Assembly (NCBI GenBank): GCA_045546375.1
Contig: JAZQCR010000031.1
Span: forward strand, 1 to 58,071
Length of the DNA stretch: 58,071 nucleotides
Source of the DNA: Eubacteriales bacterium
GTDB taxonomy: Bacteria; Bacillota; Clostridia; Oscillospirales; CAG-272
Direction of reading: 5' to 3'
Below the pieces are notes generated by a model that saw only the letters and a program-made list of their open reading frames with translations, was not told the DNA's origin and did no database searches. Below, in pieces: positions 15,470 to 24,891 of this stretch. How positions within the stretch are numbered: position 1 is the stretch's first letter; the number at the start of each line of letters is the position of its first letter. Made by a program: the position numbers and the translations under genes.

Positions 15470-18400
15470 ATGCGTACCGACCGTATAAATATAAAGGTAA
15501 TTATGATCGCCCTGGTGCTCATAGGGGCGCTGCTCGGCGGCGTTTTTGCCGTTGATCTGATAGAAGACAGCGTGGGTATGCCCGTGTTCTATGAAGGAGA
15601 AATGCAGAATATCTGCGTGCGTGTCACCGAGGTCTGCTCCTCCAACAGAAGCATACTTATGACAGAGGATGTTCAGTACCCCGACTATATCGAGCTTTAT
15701 AACTACGGAGAGAGCTTTGACCTCTCCGAGCTTGGCCTTACTACCGATGCCGAGAACAAGGTGGAGTACGAATTTGAAGAGGGAGTCTTCGAGGCGGGCA
15801 GCTATATCGTGGTCTTCCTTGATGGCGTGGACGTCCCCTTCAGGCTTTCAAAGCAAGGCGGCGAGTATTTAGCGGTGGTATCGGGTGACGGTGTGGTTAT
15901 CGACAGCCTGACGACCCTTGCCATGGAGGGTGATGAAGTTATGCTCCGTGAAGAGGAGGGCTTTGTCGTTTCCCGCGAGGCTTCTCCCGGTTATCCCAAT
16001 ACCGAGGAGGGCGTGGCAGCATTTCTTGATTCTTCTGAAGGCAGGATGCCTCTTGTGATAAACGAGGTGTTTACGGCAAACAGTCACACTCTTCCCGACT
16101 CCTTCGGGGCTTTCAGCGACGTTATCGAGCTTAAGAATCTCGCCTCGGAGGAGGTGAGCACCGCGGGCTATTGTCTTTCCGATTCTGCCAAGGACCGCGC
16201 GCAGTACCCTCTGCCTGAGGTTACCCTTTTTCCGGGTGAGACCCTTCTCGTTTTCGCTTCGGGCGCCGACACCGTCACCGAGGACGGACAGATCCATGCT
16301 AATTTCCGCCTCTCCGAAGGGGAAGAGCTCATCCTTGCCACGTCGGGTAGATATAACTACCTGAAGATGGAGAAGTGCGAAACCGGATATTCTTTTTCCC
16401 GTAACTCCGAGGGAGGCTATGAGATAATGGCGGCCACCCCCGGCTTTGAAAACAGCGAAGCGGGATACGAGGAGTTTGCCGATAGCCGAATAAATAAGGA
16501 TAGTCCCATTATCATAAGTGAGTTGCTTTTCGCTCAGGATCAGACGCCCTATGGCGGCGCTCTGCGTGACGTTATTGAGATATATAACAGAAGCGATAAG
16601 CCCGTTTCCACCCGGGGCTATTACATCAGCGACGAGGAGGACGAGCCCTATAAGTTCCCGCTTCCCGTTATGACCCTTGAGGCAGGGCAGTGCACGGTGC
16701 TGTATGCTGAGGACGGAGAGGGGGATAACCTTTGCGGCTTTGCCCTTTCCACAGGTGAGTCATTATACCTTACCTGCCCTGACTATAGACGCACCGAGTT
16801 CGTTTCCTGCGCGCCTGCAGGCAGAGGGCTCTCCCGTAATTATCTTGAGGATAAGGGAGAGGCGGTGTACGTGTCCGCCCCCGTTTCCATAGGCTATCCC
16901 AATACACAGGCGGGTCAGCAGGCGTATATTTCCGCTATCCGACCGAATACGGTGGAGATAAGTGAGATAGTTTCCTCTAACAATATGTTATTCCCGGGCC
17001 CCTACGCCACCTACCACGATTTCATAGAACTGCATAACCGAGGGGACAAGGAGGTAACCCTCACGGGCTGGTACCTCTCCGACGACCCGAAGGAGCCGCG
17101 TAAGGGCTCTCTTGACGGAGTGGTCATACCGGGCGGAGGATACGTTGTTATAATTCTGTCAAGCGACGGTATCAACCTGCCCGACGGCTACCACACAGTG
17201 CCCTTCGCCATAAACGCATCGGGCGAGGAGCTCACCCTGTCAAAGGGTGATGAGATAATCGACAGCGTGTCTGTGCCCTCTTTGGCGCGGAATACCTCTT
17301 ACGGCAGAGCTTATGGGGCAGACGGCTTCTCTATCCTTTACGAGACAACGCCGAATCACCCTAATTCTGCAGGCAGAAGTGCGCCTACCCCGGAGCCCCT
17401 TGCCTCCAAGGCGCAGGGCGTCTACGGCGAAGGGCTCACCCTGGAGCTTTCGGGAGAAGGGGAGATATACTATACTCTGGACTGCACCGTCCCTACGGCC
17501 GATTCTATAAGGTATACCGAGCCCTTAAGGATAACGTCCACTACGGTGGTGCGCTGTATGGCCTTGGCCGAGGGCAAGGAACCCAGCAACGTGTGCGATC
17601 TTACGTATATAATAAACGAGGGGGACACCCTGGAGGCGGTGTCCCTGGTCACGGACCCCGATAACCTCTTTAATTACTATACGGGCATTTATGAGGAAGG
17701 CCCCAACGCCTCTCCGAATCATCCGCATTTCGGCGCTAACTATCATTTGAATACAGAGAAGCCTGCGTCGGTAGCCTTTTTTCCCGTTGAGGGCGAGGGC
17801 TTTTACGAGAATTGCGGAGTGAGGATGTTCGGCGGTTACTCAAGGGCTCAGCCCAAGAAGTCCTTTGCTTTGTTTTTCAGAAACGTGTACGGCGCCTCAT
17901 CCCTTGACTATCAGGTCTTCGAGGACGACCCTCTCGCTTCCTTTGAGGCGATAGTGCTTCGTAATACGGGTCAGGATTTCTACCGTTCATCCATGCGTGA
18001 CGCGATGATCACGGATATGGCAGGGGACTACCTGGGGCTGGATGTGCAGAAGAACCGTCCCGTGGTCCTTTATCTGAACGGCGAGTTCTGGGGCATCTAC
18101 TTTATAAGGGAAAAGGTAAGCGAGAACTACGTGGCGGGGCACTATAATGTGGATCCCGACGAGACCATCATCGCGGGTGGCAGCGGATGGAGCTCAGGCA
18201 CCTTCCGTCAGATACTCACATATTCTCAGCAGAATGATATGTCACAGCCCGAGCACTACGAATATATATGCTCTCAGATCGACGTAGATAATTACGTTGA
18301 CTACATCGCCGCCCAGATGATAATAGGTAATACGGATCTGGGCAACGTAAAGATGCTCTACTGTAATGGCAAATGGCGCTGGATAATGTACGACGTGGAC

Positions 18401-18790
18401 CAGTCCTTTTCGGGCTCGGGGGTCAACGTGATATATAAGTACCTTTATCTCTTCGGGCCGGATACAGGCGATATTACGGTGAATCTTGTGAATATGCTTG
18501 TGAAAAACGATCAGTTCAGGGCCTCGCTCTTAAAGGAATTTGCCTATCAGCTTGAGAACGTCTGGACACCCGAGAACGTCAACCGTTATATCGACGATTA
18601 CTTAGCGAAGATACTTCCCGATATGCATAGGGAATGCGAGCGCTGGATGAAGGATTACGGCTCCTGGGAGCGCTCGGTGCAGAGCTTGCGAAATTTCATA
18701 GCCGACCGTGAACACTTCATCATCCAACAGCTTAAGGAGCAGTTTATCTTAAGCGACGAGGAGATGAGGGGCTACGGCTTTAATATATGA
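15470..18790 (+). CDS. Membrane-anchored CotH kinase family protein with four lamin-tail-like domains and a chitobiase/FN3-like domain
   Basis: Repeated (I/V)xE...D.IEL.N...G..LSD units; IYYTLDCTVPT; PKKSF, LNGEFWGIYFIREK, D.GN, WRWIMYDVD; RBS ggag before ATG 15470. Confidence 0.85.
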   Translation: MRTDRINIKVIMIALVLIGALLGGVFAVDLIEDSVGMPVFYEGEMQNICVRVTEVCSSNRSILMTEDVQYPDYIELYNYGESFDLSELGLTTDAENKVEYEFEEGVFEAGSYIVVFLDGVDVPFRLSKQGGEYLAVVSGDGVVIDSLTTLAMEGDEVMLREEEGFVVSREASPGYPNTEEGVAAFLDSSEGRMPLVINEVFTANSHTLPDSFGAFSDVIELKNLASEEVSTAGYCLSDSAKDRAQYPLPEVTLFPGETLLVFASGADTVTEDGQIHANFRLSEGEELILATSGRYNYLKMEKCETGYSFSRNSEGGYEIMAATPGFENSEAGYEEFADSRINKDSPIIISELLFAQDQTPYGGALRDVIEIYNRSDKPVSTRGYYISDEEDEPYKFPLPVMTLEAGQCTVLYAEDGEGDNLCGFALSTGESLYLTCPDYRRTEFVSCAPAGRGLSRNYLEDKGEAVYVSAPVSIGYPNTQAGQQAYISAIRPNTVEISEIVSSNNMLFPGPYATYHDFIELHNRGDKEVTLTGWYLSDDPKEPRKGSLDGVVIPGGGYVVIILSSDGINLPDGYHTVPFAINASGEELTLSKGDEIIDSVSVPSLARNTSYGRAYGADGFSILYETTPNHPNSAGRSAPTPEPLASKAQGVYGEGLTLELSGEGEIYYTLDCTVPTADSIRYTEPLRITSTTVVRCMALAEGKEPSNVCDLTYIINEGDTLEAVSLVTDPDNLFNYYTGIYEEGPNASPNHPHFGANYHLNTEKPASVAFFPVEGEGFYENCGVRMFGGYSRAQPKKSFALFFRNVYGASSLDYQVFEDDPLASFEAIVLRNTGQDFYRSSMRDAMITDMAGDYLGLDVQKNRPVVLYLNGEFWGIYFIREKVSENYVAGHYNVDPDETIIAGGSGWSSGTFRQILTYSQQNDMSQPEHYEYICSQIDVDNYVDYIAAQMIIGNTDLGNVKMLYCNGKWRWIMYDVDQSFSGSGVNVIYKYLYLFGPDTGDITVNLVNMLVKNDQFRASLLKEFAYQLENVWTPENVNRYIDDYLAKILPDMHRECERWMKDYGSWERSVQSLRNFIADREHFIIQQLKEQFILSDEEMRGYGFNI

Positions 18791-18797
18791 GGACAGC

Positions 18798-19457
18798 ATG
18801 GCAGAAAGAACAGAAGAAAAATACCTTCTCGATATGGCGGAGTATTCCGCCATATCGGCGAGGATAAGAGCCGTGATGGCCGCCGACTCAAACGGAAAGG
18901 ACGGCGGCTACAGCATATCGTCACTTTACTTTGACGATCCTCACGACACCGCTCTGCGTGAAAAAGAGGACGGAGACGCGGTGCACGTTAAATACAGGGT
19001 GCGTACCTATAACGGCGAGGCGGGGTATATCCGCCTTGAGAGAAAAATAAAAAAAGGGCTAATTACCGAGAAAAAGTCCGCTAAAATAAGCGAAGGAGAG
19101 CTCGTCTCCATACTGTCGGGGGAGGGGCTGCCTGAGGGAAGCGTCGCCTTCGGTCTTTTCAGCGAGATGCGCTCAAGGCTGTTTTTGCCCGTAGTTACGG
19201 TGCGTTACGACAGAGAGGCGTACGTTTACCCGTCCCTCGGCGTGCGCGTCACCTTTGATAAAAACGTGGACAGACTGCCGCCCGACGCCCACTGCCTTTT
19301 CGGAAATAGTGACGGAGCCCTCCCCGCTATAGAGCGCGGTCAGGTCATAATGGAGATAAAGTATTCGGGACGGTGTCCCTCGTTTATCAGAAAATGTATG
19401 GGTGCGGGCTGTACACAGCTTTCGGTATCCAAATACGCTTTGGCAAGGAGAGTTTAA
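18798..19457 (+). CDS. VTC (polyphosphate polymerase-like) domain protein
   Basis: RTEEKY, ISSLYFD, KYRVRTY, LERKIK, YDREAY, RVTFD, MEIKY, SKY motifs. Confidence 0.85.
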   Translation: MAERTEEKYLLDMAEYSAISARIRAVMAADSNGKDGGYSISSLYFDDPHDTALREKEDGDAVHVKYRVRTYNGEAGYIRLERKIKKGLITEKKSAKISEGELVSILSGEGLPEGSVAFGLFSEMRSRLFLPVVTVRYDREAYVYPSLGVRVTFDKNVDRLPPDAHCLFGNSDGALPAIERGQVIMEIKYSGRCPSFIRKCMGAGCTQLSVSKYALARRV

Positions 19458-19458
19458 T

Positions 19459-20121
19459 ATGAGTATTTTTGACGCGATCAAGAAAAGCGTGCTGGAGGGC
19501 TTTTCCGCCCAGATGACGCTTGCCGACATTATTATTTCACTTGGTTCAGCCTTCTTGGCAGGGCTCTTTATACTGGCGATATACCGTCTTACACGCACGG
19601 GCGTTTCGAGAAACAGACAGATAGAGTCAACTCTTCTTTTGGTGACTCCTATCTCGGCGATGATAGTACTGACCATTACCTCTAACCTGGCGCTGTCCCT
19701 GGGTATGGTGGGTGCGCTGTCCATCGTGCGCTTCAGGACCGCCGTAAAGGACGCTTCGGATACCGCGTTTATGTTCTGGTCGGTGGCGTCCGGTATCACC
19801 GCAGGCGCGCACTTCTATAAGATAACGCTTATCGGCTGTATCTTCATCGGTCTGGTTGCCTTTTTGGTGTTAAAGCTTACCTCCGTAGGCGCTCGTCCCT
19901 ATCTTTTGGTCATTCGTATGAAGCCGGGGGCAAAAACGGACAAGGCGGAGAAGCACCTTGGCGAGAAAAGGATACCCTTCCGCCTTTCTTCCGTCGTCAG
20001 CTGTGACGCCTACGTGGAGGCTATCTACGAGGTGGCTGTATCCCGCTCGGGTGACGATTTGGTCGGTGTGATCACCGCTCTTCCCGAGACGGTCAGCGTA
20101 TCCCTTGTTGATTGCAAATAA
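19459..20121 (+). CDS. DUF4956 family membrane protein
   Basis: SNLALSLGMVGALSIVRFRTAVKD signature. Confidence 0.88.
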   Translation: MSIFDAIKKSVLEGFSAQMTLADIIISLGSAFLAGLFILAIYRLTRTGVSRNRQIESTLLLVTPISAMIVLTITSNLALSLGMVGALSIVRFRTAVKDASDTAFMFWSVASGITAGAHFYKITLIGCIFIGLVAFLVLKLTSVGARPYLLVIRMKPGAKTDKAEKHLGEKRIPFRLSSVVSCDAYVEAIYEVAVSRSGDDLVGVITALPETVSVSLVDCK

Positions 20122-20234
20122 AAACCGTAAAAAAGACAAAATAATCAAAAATTCTTCATTTTCTTATTGACTTTATTTTTAAGAGTGCTATAATATCCGT
20201 CGGACTGTTTTATTTGCACTAAAAGGAAGAGAAA

Positions 20235-21506
20235 ATGAAGGATTTTTATTTGAAGCCCGAACTTATCAATTCGCTTAAGGGCTATAACAAAAAACAGCTT
20301 GCAAACGACCTCATCGCGGGTGTTATCGTAGCGATAATCGCCCTGCCTCTGTCTATTGCCTTGGCACTGGCATCCGGCGTTGAGCCTGCCTGCGGCGTGT
20401 ATACCGCTATCGCGGCGGGCTTTATCGTGTCCCTTTTCGGCGGAAGCCGCGTGCAGATAGCGGGGCCCACCGCCGCCTTTGCCACTATAGTGGCAGGTGT
20501 CGTAGCTACACAGGGGATGGACGGACTGTTCCTTGCCACCGTTATGGCGGGTGTACTGCTTATCCTAATGGGTGTCTTTAAATTAGGCAGCTATATAAAG
20601 TATATGCCTCACACCATCACTGTGGGCTTTACGGGCGGTATCGCCGTGACCATCCTTTTAGGACAGATAAAGGATTTCCTCGGCATTACCTACGGAGAGG
20701 GCATCCGCCCTGTCGAGACCGTAGAGAAGATAGAGGCTAACCTTGAGTTTGCATCCACCTTCAGCCCTTGGGCGCTTCTTGTGGGCGGTATAAGCCTTGC
20801 GATACTTATTATATACCCTAAGCTCGAGAAGCGAGTGCCTCCGTCTCTCATCGCTGTGCTGGTCAGTTCACTTTTAGTTGGACTTATCCCCGCCTTGGGC
20901 GAGAACGTATATACCATAGGCGACCTCTACACCATCCCTGCAGGACTTCCCAAGGTGGACTTTGCGGGTATGGAGATAGATCTCGATAAGATCGTCGCCG
21001 TTATTCCCAATGCCTTTACCATCGCAATCTTAGCGGCTATCGAATCACTGCTCTCCTGCGTGGTGGCAGACGGAATGGTGGACGCAAAGCACAATTCCAA
21101 CTCTGAGCTGGTGGCTCAGGGCCTTGGCAATATCGCATCGGTATTCTTTGGCGGTATCCCCGCTACGGGTGCCATCGCAAGGACCTCGGCAAACGCCAAG
21201 AACGGAGGCAGGACCCCTATTGCGGGTATGACCCACGCAGTGGTGCTCCTCCTGGTGCTCTTGTTTTTGATGCCCTACGCCTCCCTTATCCCAATGCCCA
21301 CCATTGCCGCTATCCTTTTTATGGTGGCATATAATATGAGCGAGTGGAGAAAGTTCGTCAAGATATTTAAGGAAAAGCACCTTGACTACATAGCCGTGCT
21401 GCTGCTGACCTTTGCCCTCACCGTCATCTTTGACCTGGTGGTGGCCATCGCCGCAGGTGTGGCTCTGCAGATAGTATTCATTGTCATCAAAAAGATAAGG
21501 AAATAA
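20235..21506 (+). CDS. SulP family anion transporter (no STAS domain)
   Basis: DLIAGVIVAIIALPLSIALALASG, GGSRVQIAGPT, NSELVAQG, ATGAIART. Confidence 0.9.
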   Translation: MKDFYLKPELINSLKGYNKKQLANDLIAGVIVAIIALPLSIALALASGVEPACGVYTAIAAGFIVSLFGGSRVQIAGPTAAFATIVAGVVATQGMDGLFLATVMAGVLLILMGVFKLGSYIKYMPHTITVGFTGGIAVTILLGQIKDFLGITYGEGIRPVETVEKIEANLEFASTFSPWALLVGGISLAILIIYPKLEKRVPPSLIAVLVSSLLVGLIPALGENVYTIGDLYTIPAGLPKVDFAGMEIDLDKIVAVIPNAFTIAILAAIESLLSCVVADGMVDAKHNSNSELVAQGLGNIASVFFGGIPATGAIARTSANAKNGGRTPIAGMTHAVVLLLVLLFLMPYASLIPMPTIAAILFMVAYNMSEWRKFVKIFKEKHLDYIAVLLLTFALTVIFDLVVAIAAGVALQIVFIVIKKIRK

Positions 21507-21579
21507 GTCCCGGGTAGAGGACTTTTTTTCTTGCTATTATCATACTTTTGTGGTACAATTATCAAGAGGATGAAATATA

Positions 21580-22296
21580 ATGAAATATTTATGCGAATCA
21601 TATACCCATGTAGGCGGAAGGGAGAATAACGAGGATTCGTTTCTCGTTTTCGGCTCTCGGAACGGCATCCTGCTGGCGGTAGCAGACGGTCTGGGCGGTC
21701 ACGACTGCGGCGAGGTCGCCTCCGGCATTGCAACTCAAACGCTGAAGGAAGAGTTTGAGAAGGAGGATTTTGACCCCGTAAGTGCTATCCGCCTTGCCAA
21801 TTGCCGCATTATGCGGAAGCAGACGGAAAGCGGTCTTGCAATGAAGACTACGGTCTGCGTCGCCTGGATAAAGGATGGCTCGGCTCAGCTCTGCCACGTA
21901 GGCGACAGCAGGATATACGCCTTTTTTAAAGGCGGTATCGCCTATCAGTCTATAGACCACAGCGCTTCCCAAATGGCGGTAAGCGTAGGAGAGATAACCC
22001 CTGCGGAAATAAGGAATCATCCGGACCGCAATAAGCTCATCCGTGCCCTTGGGGTCGACGATGAGGTAAGGGTGGATTCCATTACCCTTGAGGGTGAGTG
22101 CTTCGACTCCTTGCTTCTCTGCTCAGACGGCTTTTGGGAATTCGTTTTAGAGGACGAGATGCTTGCCACCCGCACGGCTACTGCCGACCCTGCCGTATGG
22201 CTTTCCGAAATGCGCGGGATCATGACCCCCAGACTGCCCGAGGGGACGGATAACAACACTGCTATTGTATTAATTAAAGATGGAGATATAATATGA
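21580..22296 (+). CDS. PP2C-family Ser/Thr protein phosphatase
   Basis: GGRENNED, VADGLGGH, HVGDSRIY, DHS, LLCSDG, DNNT motifs. Confidence 0.9.
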   Translation: MKYLCESYTHVGGRENNEDSFLVFGSRNGILLAVADGLGGHDCGEVASGIATQTLKEEFEKEDFDPVSAIRLANCRIMRKQTESGLAMKTTVCVAWIKDGSAQLCHVGDSRIYAFFKGGIAYQSIDHSASQMAVSVGEITPAEIRNHPDRNKLIRALGVDDEVRVDSITLEGECFDSLLLCSDGFWEFVLEDEMLATRTATADPAVWLSEMRGIMTPRLPEGTDNNTAIVLIKDGDII

Positions 22297-24695
22297 CGTA
22301 CTGTTCTTTTTGTATGGAGCCTATTGAACCCACGTATAAGGTCTGCCCTCATTGCGGTAAGCCTACCGCCTCCGAGATCCCTGCGCACCATCTGCTTCCG
22401 GGAACCGTCCTTAACGGCAAGTTCTTAGTAGGTGCTGCCCTTGGCGAAGGCGGATTCGGCATTACTTACATAGGCCGTGACCTGACCCTGGATATCAAGG
22501 TCGCGATCAAGGAGTTCTTCCCCAGCGGCTACGTAAACCGTACGGGTAACGCCTCCCCCAATGTGACCTGCAGTGTTACAGACGAGCGAAAGGACGTATT
22601 CGACAAGGGAAGGGAACGCTTCTTACGTGAGGCACGCATTTTAGCGAAGTTTTCCTCCGAGCCCGGTGTCGTTGAGGTTCGTGATTTCTTCGAGGCGAAT
22701 AATACCGCTTATATCATAATGGAGTACTTAGACGGAGCGGACTTAAAGCAGATGCTTCGCAGCGGCGGCAGGATGGCGCCGGGTCGCGTGATCGAGCTTA
22801 TGATGCCCGTCATGAAGACCCTTACCAAGATACACGCCCAGGGACTTATCCACCGTGATATAAGCCCCGATAATATCCGCATGTGCAGAGGAACTGCGAA
22901 GCTTCTCGACTTCGGCGCGGCCCGTGACGTTTCCGCTGCGGCAAACAAGAGCCTTTCTGTGATGCTGAAGCCCGGCTTTGCCCCCGAGGAGCAGTACCGC
23001 AGCCGCGGTGATCAGGGCGCGTGGACCGATGTTTACGCCCTCTGCGCCACTATGTACGTGTGCATCACGGGCGTTACCCCCGACGATGCTACTCAGCGTG
23101 TATTCAAGGACGAGGTCAAGGCTCCTTCCGCCATGGGCATAGTAATAGCGCCTAATATCGAGTATGCTATTATGAAGGGTATGGCTATCAAGCAGGAGGA
23201 CAGATTCCAGACGGTTGACGAACTGATCAACGCCCTTACGGGCACGGCGGCACCTATGGGAGGTGCCAATGACGGCCGCACCGTTGCCGTAAACCACGCC
23301 GCACCTGCGGCACAGGGCCCCGCTTATCAGCCTTCGCGTCCTCAGCCTCAGCCCCAGCCTCAGTACAGCGCCCCTGCGCCTGCATATAACTCACCCGCAC
23401 CAAAGAAAAAGGGCGGAAAGGGCATACTGATAGCGCTCGTTCTGATCATACTTGCGGCGGCGATAGCAGTCGGCGCATACTTTGTGATCAATAACGACGA
23501 CGGCGGCAAAGACCGCAAGAAGGACAGCGGTACCACGGAGGCCACCGGCGGCGCCTCGGAGCCCGGCGATGAAGTGAGGATCAGGTTCTCTATGGACGGT
23601 GTTGAATACGGACTGCCCTGCAGCTTCTCCGACTTCACCGACAACGGATGGACTATCTACCGTTATTCCGATATAGACACCAATACCATCATACCTGCCA
23701 ACTCCTATTCCTTCTGCTTCTTCGAGAAGAACGAGGAGGACGTAAACGTTCTTGTATTCAACGATTCCGACGAGGCGAAGCCTGCAAAGGAATGCAAGGT
23801 AGGTAATATCAACTTCACCCTCTCTGAATTTGACGTTGTTCTTCCCGAGGGTGTCAGCGGTGTCCCCACAAAGGATCAGCTCATAGAGGCATACGGTGAG
23901 CCCTACTATATATACGAGGCTGAGGATTACGTTTCTCTTGATTTCGTTTTAGATGAGAAATACAACGTGTATATGACCTTCATGTGCTATCTCAATGAGG
24001 AGGACATGAAGTATTCCACCGCGACCTTAAACGGTATGAATACCATAGATCTTGAGTACGTAGACCCCGAGACCTTGGAGGAAGGTGAGCCCACACCAGA
24101 CGATGAGCCCACCGAGACGCCCACCGAGGAACAGACCGAAGCGCCTACCGCCGCACCCACCGAGACACCCACCACTGCGCCTACCGAGACACCTACCGAG
24201 CCTTCAAAGCCTTTTGACGGTCAGATGTCCGACAACCTTTTCGACTTCACCTTCAAGCTGGAGGGGAAAGTATATCAGCTCCCCTGCGACTACGCGGAGC
24301 TCGCCGCTGACGGATGGTATATCTCCTACGGCGGCACTGAGGATACGCAGTTGGACGATAAGACCTATATGTATCTTTCCATGAAGAAGAACGATGCCAA
24401 GTTCACCGCGTACGTATACAATGTCAGCGGATCGGCAAAGTCGATTAAGGACTGTAGGATAGGCTTCATCGACTTCCATAACGACGCAGGCATCGAGCTT
24501 GCCAAGGGTATCACGCCTCTGTCCACAAGGGAAGAGGTCATAGCCGCATTCGGCGAGCCCGTCAAGGAGGCCACCTATGACAATTACTCTCGCCTTGAGT
24601 ATACGATAAACGGCGACGTATTCGTCAAGTTCTATTGCTATACCGAGCGCACCGAGCTGTTCTCACGTATTGAGATCAAGAATTTCATTTATTAA
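22293..24695 (+). CDS. Transmembrane Hanks-type Ser/Thr kinase with N-terminal Zn ribbon and duplicated extracellular domain
   Basis: CSFC..CPHC; LGEGGFG, VAIKE, HRDISPDN, DFG, APE; TM helix; two related extracellular repeats separated by a PT/E-rich linker. Confidence 0.9.
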   Translation: MTYCSFCMEPIEPTYKVCPHCGKPTASEIPAHHLLPGTVLNGKFLVGAALGEGGFGITYIGRDLTLDIKVAIKEFFPSGYVNRTGNASPNVTCSVTDERKDVFDKGRERFLREARILAKFSSEPGVVEVRDFFEANNTAYIIMEYLDGADLKQMLRSGGRMAPGRVIELMMPVMKTLTKIHAQGLIHRDISPDNIRMCRGTAKLLDFGAARDVSAAANKSLSVMLKPGFAPEEQYRSRGDQGAWTDVYALCATMYVCITGVTPDDATQRVFKDEVKAPSAMGIVIAPNIEYAIMKGMAIKQEDRFQTVDELINALTGTAAPMGGANDGRTVAVNHAAPAAQGPAYQPSRPQPQPQPQYSAPAPAYNSPAPKKKGGKGILIALVLIILAAAIAVGAYFVINNDDGGKDRKKDSGTTEATGGASEPGDEVRIRFSMDGVEYGLPCSFSDFTDNGWTIYRYSDIDTNTIIPANSYSFCFFEKNEEDVNVLVFNDSDEAKPAKECKVGNINFTLSEFDVVLPEGVSGVPTKDQLIEAYGEPYYIYEAEDYVSLDFVLDEKYNVYMTFMCYLNEEDMKYSTATLNGMNTIDLEYVDPETLEEGEPTPDDEPTETPTEEQTEAPTAAPTETPTTAPTETPTEPSKPFDGQMSDNLFDFTFKLEGKVYQLPCDYAELAADGWYISYGGTEDTQLDDKTYMYLSMKKNDAKFTAYVYNVSGSAKSIKDCRIGFIDFHNDAGIELAKGITPLSTREEVIAAFGEPVKEATYDNYSRLEYTINGDVFVKFYCYTERTELFSRIEIKNFIY

Positions 24696-24699
24696 CTTT

Positions 24700-24725
24700 A
24701 AAAGCCCCGAGTTGTCGGGGCTTTT
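24700..24725 (+). terminator. Intrinsic terminator
   Basis: aaaagccccga-gttg-tcggggctttt. Confidence 0.75.
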
Positions 24726-24891
24726 GGATTTTTTGGTATAATATATTTATGAATTTTATGCAAATTTATGCACGTTTAACAAAGTTTGAAAATCTGCGCA
24801 AACCCTATTGCACTGAACACAATGCTGTGCTAAAATTAGTTTTGATCGGGCATATAGATACCGAATTAATATTAAAAAGAGGAATGTAAAC

